From: an uncultured Bdellovibrionales bacterium
Lineage (GTDB): Bacteria > Bdellovibrionota > Bdellovibrionia > Bdellovibrionales > JAMPXM01
Direction: 5' to 3'
Length of the DNA stretch: 64,000 bases
Assembly (NCBI GenBank): GCA_937927435.1
Contig: CALBDW010000166.1
Span: 416-64,415, forward strand
Shown here piece by piece: positions 18,564 through 27,455 of the stretch. Every line of letters begins with the position of its first letter. Position 1 is the stretch's first letter. The translations under genes were made by a program, and so were the position numbers. The notes beneath the pieces are model-generated. The model was not told the origin of the DNA. It saw only the letters and a program-made list of their open reading frames with translations, and did no database searches.

Positions 18564-19925
18564 TTACACTTCGCGAGCGTGGTAAATTTCCAGGTTTTGA
18601 GACCCCAATCTTTGCTCCAAGTACTTTTGGATTCGCACTTGTTCGGCCTTCTTGGGGGCTTTCTTCCAAATAACGTAGATGAAGCGGGCGTTTTCCGCAT
18701 TGGCAAGCGGCACTTCGGTGAGGATGACGCGCTTTAGATCCGGTATCACCGTCGTGGCCTCAAGAGTGAGTTTGGACGACAGTTCCATGACTTCTTTCAG
18801 GCGCCTGAGCTCAACTTCTTTTTGCGCGGTTTGAGCGCGAAGTTCGGAGATGAGGGCTGATTCGGTCGTCATCTTTTCGTTAAGGCGTTTTTCGACGTTT
18901 TCTTCGAGCGAAATGTAGCGGATTTCGAGTTCCTTGGGCTCGATGTAATACCGCTTGAGCTTTTCATGAATGAGATCGAGCTGTTCCTTCGAGAGGGTTT
19001 CACCGATCATCTCGACCAGGATCTTCTTTTGGTCCCAGTCGTAAGTTACGTCACGGCCCACGATGAAGGAGTTGGGGAATTGCATTTCGCGCTCAATAAA
19101 GCTCATCGCGCGGGCTCGGAACGAGGTTTCTTGCTGCAATTTCCAAGCGAGAATCAAGCTCGGGACGATGACGACGATGGCAACCGCGGCGACCCAGCGC
19201 TGAATTGCCTTCTCGCGAGCTTCGTCGAGACTGGAGACCTTCTTGAAGCCCATATAGCGTGTGAAAACGAAGGTCGAAATGAAGATGAAGACCGAGTTAA
19301 TGATGAAGAGGTAGAGGGCTCCAATGAAGTATTTGAGTTCCCCAGTCGCGAGCCCGAAGCCGGCGGTGCAAAGCGGTGGCATGAGGGAGGTCGCAATCGC
19401 AGCGCCGAGAATGGCGCTGTTTCCTTTCTCGATACGGGAGACTGCAATGATGCCGGCAGCTCCGCCGAAAAGCGCAATCAGCACGTCGTAAAACGTGGGC
19501 TGGGTGCGGGCGAGTAGCTCCGACTGGACCTCGGAGATCGGCGTAATCAGGAAGTAAACGGTCGCGGTGAGAACACTGATGGCGACGGCGTAGGCCAGGT
19601 TTCGAAGGGCGCGTTTAAGCAAGACGAAGTCGTTTATGCCCATGGCGAGGCCTGCACCCACGATCGGGCCCATGAGCGGCGAAATTAACATGGCGCCGAT
19701 AATGACCGCTGGTGAATTGATATTCAGGCCCACGGACGCCGTGAGAATGGCGAAGACCAGGGTCCAGGCGTTCGCGCTCCGGAAGTCGACATTGGCGCGC
19801 ACCATTTCGATCGTTCCGGCTTCGTCGGTATCGGCCTTCAAGTTGAAGAGCGTACGGATGCTGTCGAGGGTTTCTAGGAAAAATCCCAGCGTTTTCGAGT
19901 GGCGGTGGTGATTTCGGTTTTCCAT
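18564..19925 (-). CDS. DUF389-family integral membrane protein with C-terminal soluble domain
   Basis: AVIIGAMLISPLMGPIVGAGLA motif and multiple TM helices. Internal ATG 19925 (MENRNHH) is preferred; the ORF extends to 19961. Confidence 0.75.
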   Translation of the reverse strand: MENRNHHRHSKTLGFFLETLDSIRTLFNLKADTDEAGTIEMVRANVDFRSANAWTLVFAILTASVGLNINSPAVIIGAMLISPLMGPIVGAGLAMGINDFVLLKRALRNLAYAVAISVLTATVYFLITPISEVQSELLARTQPTFYDVLIALFGGAAGIIAVSRIEKGNSAILGAAIATSLMPPLCTAGFGLATGELKYFIGALYLFIINSVFIFISTFVFTRYMGFKKVSSLDEAREKAIQRWVAAVAIVVIVPSLILAWKLQQETSFRARAMSFIEREMQFPNSFIVGRDVTYDWDQKKILVEMIGETLSKEQLDLIHEKLKRYYIEPKELEIRYISLEENVEKRLNEKMTTESALISELRAQTAQKEVELRRLKEVMELSSKLTLEATTVIPDLKRVILTEVPLANAENARFIYVIWKKAPKKAEQVRIQKYLEQRLGSQNLEIYHAREV

Positions 19926-20039
19926 GTTGAAAATATCAACAGTTACGAACCGGTTAGGCAAGAAGACAATCGCTTATGAAGTTTGCCCCCTCGATCGCGA
20001 TTAGCATATGATCGGTGAAAACAATTTTGGGAATTGGTG

Positions 20040-20369
20040 ATGTCGAAAAGTTTGGCTTGGATCATTCTCATCATTGCCGGTCTCTTTGAAGTCTGCTGGG
20101 CGATCGGTCTTAAGTACAGCGAAGGGTTCACTAAACTGGTACCCAGTGCGTTCACGTTGGTTACTCTTGGTGTCAGTATGTATCTCCTCGCGAAAGCGAG
20201 CGAGGTTTTGCCGATCGGAACTGCGTACGGAGTTTGGGTCGGCGTCGGCGCTTTCGGGGCCGCGGTTTTGGGAGTCGTCTTGTTCAAAGAACCGGCTTCA
20301 TTCGCGCGTCTTTTCTTTTTGGCCATGTTATTGGTTTCCATTATCGGTCTTCGCGTGACTTCGAGCTGA
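20040..20369 (+). CDS. sugE: SMR-family transporter SugE/Gdx (guanidinium/quaternary ammonium exporter)
   Basis: MSKSLAWIILIIAGLFEVCWAIGLKYSEGF has the conserved Glu in TM1. About 109 aa, 4 TM. Confidence 0.9.
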   Translation: MSKSLAWIILIIAGLFEVCWAIGLKYSEGFTKLVPSAFTLVTLGVSMYLLAKASEVLPIGTAYGVWVGVGAFGAAVLGVVLFKEPASFARLFFLAMLLVSIIGLRVTSS

Positions 20370-20517
20370 GCGCGCTTTTGTCTCGATTTGAGCAAGCGCC
20401 TAATGAATTGACACTCCTCCTGTACATTCCCGTGCCTGAGTCGGCGAAAACGGCCGTCATTCGTCCGTAATTAAGGTTTTTCTTAAGGGGCCCGACTTTC
20501 TGCCGATCAGCTCGGGC

Positions 20518-21426
20518 ATGAAACAGCTGGCCTATCTTCTGAGCATTGCTATATTCACCTTGGCTTCAGGCTGCGGTCCGGACATCAACATGCCGAGCCG
20601 GACCATCGCAAGTGAAGGCGGCGCACATGAAATGATAAATGAACCGGACGATAGCTTCGGCGGAGTTCCTGTTGCGGAAACCCCGGTCGGGGAAACGCCG
20701 GTTCCGGTGACGCCGCTTCCTCTTCCGTTTGATGACGGGCCCGAAAAGTATAATCGTCCGTGGCGGAATCCCGATACCGTCATCGTTATCGACGCTTATC
20801 AAGGCAACCCGATCGATTGGGACCGGATGGCGACCGACCGACGCGTGGTCGGTGTCATTCATCGCGCGACGATCGGCCGGCGCGTCGACACGCAATATGC
20901 GGCACGCCGTGAGATTGCGAAAAGACGCGGTTACTTATGGGGCGCCTACCATCTCGGCGATTCGAGCGATCCAATCACCCAGGCGAACCTGTTTTTGGAT
21001 GTCGTCGGCGACGACCCGGATACTCTTCTGATTCTCGATCTCGAGGATACGAGCAACCCGTCGATGATGAATGTTTCGAACGCCGTTAAGTTCATGGAAT
21101 ACGTTTATCGAGTCACCGGAAAGGTTCCCGTCGTTTATGCGAACCACACGACAACGAAAGCGCTGAACTCGGCGTTGGCGGGCCACGCGCTGTTCCGGGC
21201 GAGCAAGCTCTGGTACGCGCGTTTCCGCTCCGATATTCCCGATTTTCCAAAAGGAATCTGGGACACCTATTTCCTTTGGCAGTTCTCGAGCGAGATCAAT
21301 TGCAGTAAGACCGGTTCGTGCCTCTACAACGTTCCTGGAACGCAATACGACATGGACATCAATGTTTTCTACGGCACGAGAGCGGCGCTCGAAGCGCAAT
21401 GGAATAATAATCCTGTGTTCCGCTAA
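20518..21426 (+). CDS. Lipoprotein GH25-family muramidase (lysozyme)
   Basis: Lipobox LASGC and a Pro/Thr/Val-rich linker. VIDAYQGNPIDWDRM..VGVIHRATIG..DTQY..GYLWGAYHLG..LILDLE follows the GH25 pattern. Confidence 0.75.
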   Translation: MKQLAYLLSIAIFTLASGCGPDINMPSRTIASEGGAHEMINEPDDSFGGVPVAETPVGETPVPVTPLPLPFDDGPEKYNRPWRNPDTVIVIDAYQGNPIDWDRMATDRRVVGVIHRATIGRRVDTQYAARREIAKRRGYLWGAYHLGDSSDPITQANLFLDVVGDDPDTLLILDLEDTSNPSMMNVSNAVKFMEYVYRVTGKVPVVYANHTTTKALNSALAGHALFRASKLWYARFRSDIPDFPKGIWDTYFLWQFSSEINCSKTGSCLYNVPGTQYDMDINVFYGTRAALEAQWNNNPVFR

Positions 21427-21438
21427 GACGCGGAGATT

Positions 21439-23379
21439 TCAGCGCCGTAGGGCCTTGAACTCGTCTTTGTGAAAACCAAGGCGGATCCATATCGGAATGA
21501 TTGCGATTCCGACAAGGATATTGAGGGGAGCCCAAGCTCCATCGGGAAGCGGGAACCAAGGCGGAACGGGGCTTCGCGCCAGCCAAGATCCAAAACCGAC
21601 CAGAAGACAGAAGAGGCTAAAGCTGCTAATGAACGTGGCGCCGAGAGCGCGGACGAGTTTTTTAATGTCGCTTGAGCGCCGAGTTCCGGCTATGGGGCCC
21701 CAGAAACCGGCGGGTTGGACGCGTTCGTAGAATCTTTCAAGAACGTCCCAGCTCTCTGGGCCATGAATGTAAGCGGCGACGAGAGAACCAATCAGAGAAA
21801 ATGAACCGGCTAAGAGAAGTCTGAGAGGTTGGTTGTCGACGAAACTCAAAAGCAGGGGGGCGGAGACTGCGGACACGACGATAGCCGTTATTTCCGACCA
21901 GGCATTGATTCGCCACCAGATCCAACGAAGGAGGAGGACGGGTCCGATGCCTGCTCCGAGCAAAAGGCTGATCTGCCACGCTTCTTGAATGGACCGGAAG
22001 CGAGTCATGACGACGCTGGCGAGCGCGAGGATCATGACGTTGGAAGCGCGCGCGATCCAAACTAACGAGCGCTCGTTCGGTTCTCGTTTCAGCCACACCT
22101 GGCAGATGAAACGTTTGTAAATGTCGTTTGTCCAATACGAGGCGCCCCAGTTGAGATGTGTATCGAGTGTCGACGCGAGAGCCGCGAGCATGGCCGCGAT
22201 CATGATGCCTTTGGCACCTGGAGGAAGAAGTTGCGCAATGCCTTGCACGTACGTGCTCTCGCGCGCCGAAGCCTGCAATTCCTGAGGAAGAGTCGGATCG
22301 AACGGGTAGATCACGAGAAGGCCGAGGCCCAGGGGAATCCAAAGTAAGCTCCGGAAAAGAACCTGCGTCACTGTGAAGACGAGGCCGGCGATTTTTGAGT
22401 CCGTGTCGGTGCGGCAGGACATAGCGCGCTGAGCGAGATAACCAGAACCGTCTGAGCCGATCTGTAGGATCCACTGCAAAGCGAAGACCGCGATCACCGC
22501 GAAACTGGCATCCTTGGCGTGCCAAGGCGTGAACGATAGAATCTCTTCGGTTTTCAAGTTTGTTGCGGGATTTGAGCTGAAGGCTTCCGTGATAGCGGCG
22601 TGGATTCGTTCCAGCCCGCCCGCGTGGGAAACGACCGTCAAACTGAAGATGAAAGTCGCTAACATCATGAGCGAAAATTGACCGACATCTGTCCACACCA
22701 CACTGCGAAGGCCGCCCAGCATTGAGTATGTCGTCGTTACGGCGACAATGACGACCATGGAAATCAGGTTGGACGCCGTTTTTGCCCAGACATGTGGATG
22801 ACTCGGTGGAAGATTGGTGATCGGGACATGGATCCAGTGGGCAAGATCGACAATCGGTTGAAAGACCGAAGCCGGCAGCCAAACGTCCCAAAGCAGAAAT
22901 GGTTCGGCGATTTTGGCGGCGGCAAAGAGAACCCAGGCAAGACCGATACAATTAAAAATAGTACCGAAGTAAAACGCTTTGACGAGGCGAAGAGCGGCGG
23001 CTGGTCGATTTCCGTAGCGGAGTTCGGTGAACTCCGCGTCGGTTATGACGCGCGAGCGTCTCCACTGGGGTGCAAGCAGAAAACCGAGTAAAAGAAACGC
23101 GAGAGCATAAATCCAGAGTTGCCAAAGCGAAAAGATGCCGGCCGTCGCGATCAGTCCGACAACGAGTAAAGGCGTATCGGCGGCAAACTGCGTTGCCGCC
23201 ATGCTAAGACCCGACATCCAACCAGGGAGAGTTCGCCCCGCGAGGAAGTACTCCTCTAGATTTTTTGAAGCTTGCGTGCGCGACCTCAAGCCGGCGTAGA
23301 GACAGTAAACAATGAAGGCCACGTTGATCAGGATGTCGATCCACGTCATGAAGCCGAAGTATATTCCCCCGGCGGGCAA
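21439..23379 (-). CDS. Sodium:solute symporter (SSS) family transporter
   Basis: 646 aa with about 14 TM. N-terminal YFLAGRTLPGWMSGLSMAATQFAADTPL is the SSS signature. The start may be the internal ATG at 23349. Confidence 0.85.
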   Translation of the reverse strand: MPAGGIYFGFMTWIDILINVAFIVYCLYAGLRSRTQASKNLEEYFLAGRTLPGWMSGLSMAATQFAADTPLLVVGLIATAGIFSLWQLWIYALAFLLLGFLLAPQWRRSRVITDAEFTELRYGNRPAAALRLVKAFYFGTIFNCIGLAWVLFAAAKIAEPFLLWDVWLPASVFQPIVDLAHWIHVPITNLPPSHPHVWAKTASNLISMVVIVAVTTTYSMLGGLRSVVWTDVGQFSLMMLATFIFSLTVVSHAGGLERIHAAITEAFSSNPATNLKTEEILSFTPWHAKDASFAVIAVFALQWILQIGSDGSGYLAQRAMSCRTDTDSKIAGLVFTVTQVLFRSLLWIPLGLGLLVIYPFDPTLPQELQASARESTYVQGIAQLLPPGAKGIMIAAMLAALASTLDTHLNWGASYWTNDIYKRFICQVWLKREPNERSLVWIARASNVMILALASVVMTRFRSIQEAWQISLLLGAGIGPVLLLRWIWWRINAWSEITAIVVSAVSAPLLLSFVDNQPLRLLLAGSFSLIGSLVAAYIHGPESWDVLERFYERVQPAGFWGPIAGTRRSSDIKKLVRALGATFISSFSLFCLLVGFGSWLARSPVPPWFPLPDGAWAPLNILVGIAIIPIWIRLGFHKDEFKALRR

Positions 23380-23573
23380 AATCTACGAAAGGCGGGAGTC
23401 GACTCTGTTCGACTCAAATTCTTGTGGCAGGTGTTCGCATTGCGAGTCGGTGAGTGCAACACCAAAGCCTAGAAGGGAAGAAAGCGACTGAGGCCTTTTG
23501 TCATTGAAGAAACGCGTTTGTAGGCGTTAAATAGTTGTGAAAGACGAAAAGTTATATCGATGGAGTCACGTAG

Positions 23574-24605
23574 ATGAGAAAGTTGGTTTCGTGCATCTCG
23601 TTCGTCATCTGTTTGTTCTCTCTTCTGCCGAAGGGCTTCGCTTTAGAGGCGTTGCCTGACACTCCGCCGATTCCCAAAGACAATCCGATGACAAAAGAGA
23701 AGATCGAGCTCGGAAAAATGCTGTACTTCGATCCTCGTTTGTCCAAGACGGGGACGGTCTCGTGCAACTCCTGCCACAACGTCATGGGGGCAGGCGATGA
23801 CAACCGTGCGGTTTCCGTAGGCATCGATGGCAAGGTCGGAACCCGTTCGTCTCCGACGGTGTGGAACTCGGCTTTTCTTTCCGTTCAGTTCTGGGACGGA
23901 AGAGCGAAGTCGCTTGAGGAGCAGGCGAAAGGGCCGATCGAGAACCCGGTCGAAATGGGTGCGACTCACCAACTGGTTGTCGACCGGATTTCGAAAATTA
24001 AAGAATATCAAGATCGCTTTAAGAAAGTCTTCGGCGGCAGAAAGCCGGTCACGATCGATAACGTCGCGAAGGCAATCGCCGCTTATGAAAGAACTCTGAT
24101 CACGCCGAATTCGCCGTTCGACCGATACATGAAAGGCGACAAGAAGGCGATGACTGAAGAGCAGATCAAAGGGATGCAGAAGTTCCAAGAAATCGGGTGT
24201 GTTTCCTGCCATAGCGGTCCGAACTTCGCTGGCCCGATGCTTCCGGAAGGACAAGGGTTTTTCATGAAGTTCCCCACGTTCCCGGGAACGGAATATGAGA
24301 AGAAATATAAACTGACGGAAGATACGGGCCGACACTCCGTCACCGGCGCGGAAGCGGATAAACACATGTGGCGCGTGCCGACTCTCCGGAATGTGGCTTT
24401 GACCGCTCCGTATTTCCATAACGGAAGCGTAAAAACACTGGATGAAGCGGTCCGCGTGATGGCGAAAACCCAGCTCAACCGTGATTTGACCAATACAGAA
24501 GTTAAGCAATTGGTCGCTTTCTTGAAAGCCCTCACCGGCGAGTTCCCCGAACAAACTATGCCGCGTCTTCCGGCGACTGAAGGGTATTCTCTCGTTGCGG
24601 ATTAA
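23574..24605 (+). CDS. ccpA: Di-haem bacterial cytochrome c peroxidase
   Basis: Signal peptide. Two haem motifs, CNSCHN and CVSCHSG. Conserved WDGRA, PxxNPxEM and VPTLRNVALTAPYFHNGS. Confidence 0.92.
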   Translation: MRKLVSCISFVICLFSLLPKGFALEALPDTPPIPKDNPMTKEKIELGKMLYFDPRLSKTGTVSCNSCHNVMGAGDDNRAVSVGIDGKVGTRSSPTVWNSAFLSVQFWDGRAKSLEEQAKGPIENPVEMGATHQLVVDRISKIKEYQDRFKKVFGGRKPVTIDNVAKAIAAYERTLITPNSPFDRYMKGDKKAMTEEQIKGMQKFQEIGCVSCHSGPNFAGPMLPEGQGFFMKFPTFPGTEYEKKYKLTEDTGRHSVTGAEADKHMWRVPTLRNVALTAPYFHNGSVKTLDEAVRVMAKTQLNRDLTNTEVKQLVAFLKALTGEFPEQTMPRLPATEGYSLVAD

Positions 24606-24632
24606 GCAAAAAACGGTTTCCATTTAATTAAA

Positions 24633-24672
24633 GCGGGCGCTTAAAGAAACTTGAGGGGCGCCCGCGATTTTT
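24633..24672 (+). terminator. Intrinsic terminator-like hairpin abutting the next start codon
   Basis: GCGGGCGC(24633-40)/GCGCCCGC(24658-65) forms an 8-bp GC stem with a 17-nt loop, followed by GATTTTT and then immediately ATG 24673. The GAGGGG SD-like element lies in the loop/3' arm. Confidence 0.55.
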
Positions 24673-25518
24673 ATGGATATCGTACGCGTAATCCTCTTCG
24701 GCTTTTTTCTTCCTTTATTGGTTCTCGTCGGCTGTACGTCGCCGTCAGTTCGGCCTACTAGGCCCGAAACTTCCCGTGAAGTTAAAGTTCGCCAACTTGT
24801 TATTGAACCGGAAAAGGATAAGCCGGCGCTCGAGGTTGCCGATCCTTTCGAAGAGGTTCTCGATCATAAATACTTCAAGATCGTTTACGATACGCGGACC
24901 CGGCTTGCGAAATACGTCACTTACGAGCTGAAGGCGGAGCAGCTACGCACGGCAAAGAAGGCGAAGCGGCGGGATAAATTCAGGCCCGATCCTTTGCTTG
25001 TTCAGAGGAATCTCCCTTATGTCGAACCTTCTGAATATACGAGATCGGGATATGACAAGGGACACTTGGCGCCGGCCGCTGACTTTGCCTGGAGCCAGGA
25101 AGCGCAGGATTTGACATTCGTGATGTCTAATCTGGTTCCGCAAAAGCCGAGACTCAATCAGGACGCGTGGCGCCGTTTGGAGGCAAAAGTGAGGCGCTGG
25201 GCTTGCGGTGAGGAGCACATTACGGTTGTAACGGGCCCGGTTCTTGGTCATGACACAAAGAAACTGCCCAAACTGAAAAGCGGGCTGCCGGTTCCCCAGC
25301 AGTTTTTCAAAATTGTCATCGACGAAACGCCGCCGCGGAAAATTGTGGCGTTTGTTTACAATCAAACCGATAAGGGCGATGTCATTGCCGAGCGTAAGGT
25401 GGAGGTCGGGGCTCTGAGCAAAATAAATGGCGTTCACGTCCCGAACGGTTTGTTGAACCGACCTGGATTGCGCGCTCCGGCTAGCCTTGAGGAATGGAAA
25501 GAAAAGGATTGCCGCTGA
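24673..25518 (+). CDS. Lipoprotein DNA/RNA non-specific endonuclease (NucA/EndoG beta-beta-alpha-Me family)
   Basis: Lipobox LVGC. Active-site region SGYDKGHLAPAADF (DRGH-type motif), then NLVPQ..LNQ..W..LE. Confidence 0.88.
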   Translation: MDIVRVILFGFFLPLLVLVGCTSPSVRPTRPETSREVKVRQLVIEPEKDKPALEVADPFEEVLDHKYFKIVYDTRTRLAKYVTYELKAEQLRTAKKAKRRDKFRPDPLLVQRNLPYVEPSEYTRSGYDKGHLAPAADFAWSQEAQDLTFVMSNLVPQKPRLNQDAWRRLEAKVRRWACGEEHITVVTGPVLGHDTKKLPKLKSGLPVPQQFFKIVIDETPPRKIVAFVYNQTDKGDVIAERKVEVGALSKINGVHVPNGLLNRPGLRAPASLEEWKEKDCR

Positions 25519-25550
25519 CAGACGCGCCGTGAGAACGTAGGATCAGATTT

Positions 25551-26078
25551 ATGAAAAAATGTTTATTGGTTTTATTTATGTCGCTTTTTTCGATTTTTTC
25601 TTCGTCAATAGCCGTCGCTGATGAACTCAAGGTCGGAAATGCGGCGCCACTTTTTAAGGCGCAATTGCACGACGGAAGCGAATTCGATCTCGCATCACGG
25701 AAGGGGGAATGGACGGTTCTTTATTTCTATCCGAAGGCCGATACGCCCGGATGCACGAAGCAGGCCTGTGCTTTCCGCGACAATATAGAAAAAATCCGCT
25801 CGCAGGGCGCCGACGTCTTCGGCATCAGCTCCGATACTGTTAAAGCGCAAGCGGCCTTTCACAAGAAGTACAACTTGAACTTCAAATTGATCGCCGATGA
25901 AAAGGGGCAGGTCGCGAAACTCTACGGATCGAAGATGCCTTTGATAAGCCTTTCGAAGAGATGGACGTTCATTATCGATCCAGAGCTCAAAATCCGTTCG
26001 ATCGATAAGAACGTCGATCCCGTCATGGACGCGGAAAATGTCGCGAAGAAGATCGCGGAATTGAAAGCGGAGAATTAA
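25551..26078 (+). CDS. bcp: Exported peroxiredoxin, Bcp type
   Basis: Signal peptide. WTVLYFYPKADTPGCTKQACAFRD contains the peroxidatic Cys motif TPGC. Confidence 0.9.
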   Translation: MKKCLLVLFMSLFSIFSSSIAVADELKVGNAAPLFKAQLHDGSEFDLASRKGEWTVLYFYPKADTPGCTKQACAFRDNIEKIRSQGADVFGISSDTVKAQAAFHKKYNLNFKLIADEKGQVAKLYGSKMPLISLSKRWTFIIDPELKIRSIDKNVDPVMDAENVAKKIAELKAEN

Positions 26079-27397
26079 CCGTCCACCTCATCCATCTGGC
26101 TGATGCTTTGCGGATTGGGCTTCATGATGAAGTAGAGAGCTACGATCACGAAGAGGATCACACCCGCCATGAGTAGTTCGGCCGATCCGGCCCGCGAGAG
26201 CATCGCGATGCAGATCAAAGAACCAACGATCGGAATGAAGGAGGGCACCTCAAACGCCCCTTCGATCGTCTCCCGCCTTTGAAGCACTATCAGGGCGATA
26301 TTCACGACAACGAAGCAGCTCAAAAGGAGCACGCTCGTCGCTTTGGCGAGCGAAGAAACATCGCCGCTTAAGATCAAAATCATAAAGAGCACGGTGACTG
26401 TAAAGACAGCAAGATGGGGCGTCCGGCGCTCTGGATGGATTTTATTCAGATACTTGGGAACGAGTCCGTGGACCGACATCCCGTAGAGTAGCCGCGAGCC
26501 CATAATGAAGTTAAGAAGAGCCGTGTTTGCGACCGCGAACATGGCGATCACGCTGAAGATCGGCGTCGGGAACCACGGAGCCGCTTTCGCCACCACGTCG
26601 ACGAGAGGCTGGTTTGAGGCCGCAAGTTCCATAGGTGGAATCACGGAAACAGCCACAATGCTGATGCCCATGTAGATCAAAGAAGAGATGGCGATAGCGA
26701 GGATTAGACCGCGCGGCATGGTTTTGCGCGGTTCCTTCACTTCTTCCGCCACGTTGATCATGTCCTCAAAGCCGACGAAGGAATAAAAGGTGAGGACGGC
26801 GCCCGTCAAAAGCAGGGACAGACCGATCTCACCCGAAGGATTAGCGGCCGTCGTTGCGTCGAGATAGTTGGTCGACCCGATGTAGCGCGCGCCGATCAAG
26901 AGGATGAAAAGAAGACCGCCGATTTCGACGAAAGTAAAAATGCTATTGGTGAAGATGGATTCTCGAATTCCTCGATAAACGACGGCAGCGACGAAAGCCG
27001 CGAATAGAAGAGCGACCACTGTCGGCGGAAGCGGCAGCCCCATCCCTGTGAAATATCCGGCGAACACGCGAGCGGCCGTTGCCATTGAAGTTAAACCCGA
27101 TGCGAGCACTGCGAGTCCCACGACGTATGCGACAAAGCCATTATTGAAGGCTCGGTAAGTCGTGTACGCTGCTCCCCCGGCTCTCGGGTAACGTGAGCTG
27201 AGGCTTGCGTAAGACAGCCCCGTCAATCCTGCGGCGACCATGCTGATAAAAAAGCCGAGCCAGACAGCTGAGCCCATCTCGCCAGCGGCTTTCCCGACAA
27301 GCCCGTAAATCCCGGAGCCGAGAATGTCACCGATTCCGTAGAGAGTGAGAGCGAAAAGTCCGATTGATCGATTCAGGGTTGGTTGTTTTGCGGTCAT
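26075..27397 (-). CDS. APC-superfamily amino-acid permease
   Basis: About 12 TM. N-terminal LFALTLYGIGDILGSGIYGLVGKAAG is the APC signature. ATG 27397 (MTAKQPTL) is preferred, because the ORF-track start would overlap the upstream nuclease gene. Confidence 0.85.
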   Translation of the reverse strand: MTAKQPTLNRSIGLFALTLYGIGDILGSGIYGLVGKAAGEMGSAVWLGFFISMVAAGLTGLSYASLSSRYPRAGGAAYTTYRAFNNGFVAYVVGLAVLASGLTSMATAARVFAGYFTGMGLPLPPTVVALLFAAFVAAVVYRGIRESIFTNSIFTFVEIGGLLFILLIGARYIGSTNYLDATTAANPSGEIGLSLLLTGAVLTFYSFVGFEDMINVAEEVKEPRKTMPRGLILAIAISSLIYMGISIVAVSVIPPMELAASNQPLVDVVAKAAPWFPTPIFSVIAMFAVANTALLNFIMGSRLLYGMSVHGLVPKYLNKIHPERRTPHLAVFTVTVLFMILILSGDVSSLAKATSVLLLSCFVVVNIALIVLQRRETIEGAFEVPSFIPIVGSLICIAMLSRAGSAELLMAGVILFVIVALYFIMKPNPQSISQMDEVDG

Positions 27398-27455
27398 CAC
27401 GTTGTGATGATTCACGCATTGGGCGGCGGCGTCAAGAATCCGCCGCCCCGTAAGC

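Noticed and set aside
19926-20039. Possible guanidine riboswitch upstream of sugE/gdx.
   Set aside because: I found none of the conserved elements I remember: ykkC GGGA/ACGR cores, mini-ykkC paired ACGR hairpins, or the guanidine-III pseudoknot sequence. A cmsearch would be decisive, but by eye it is absent.
21737-22951. A 404-codon ORF in an alternative frame of the same strand inside the sodium:solute symporter gene.
   Set aside because: The translation is Arg/Ser/Pro-rich junk with no start context. The stop-free run is explained by the host gene being a TM-rich protein poor in Lys/Asn/Glu/Asp codons, so T-AA/T-AG/T-GA junctions in the -1 frame are rare. There is no evidence for an overlapping gene.
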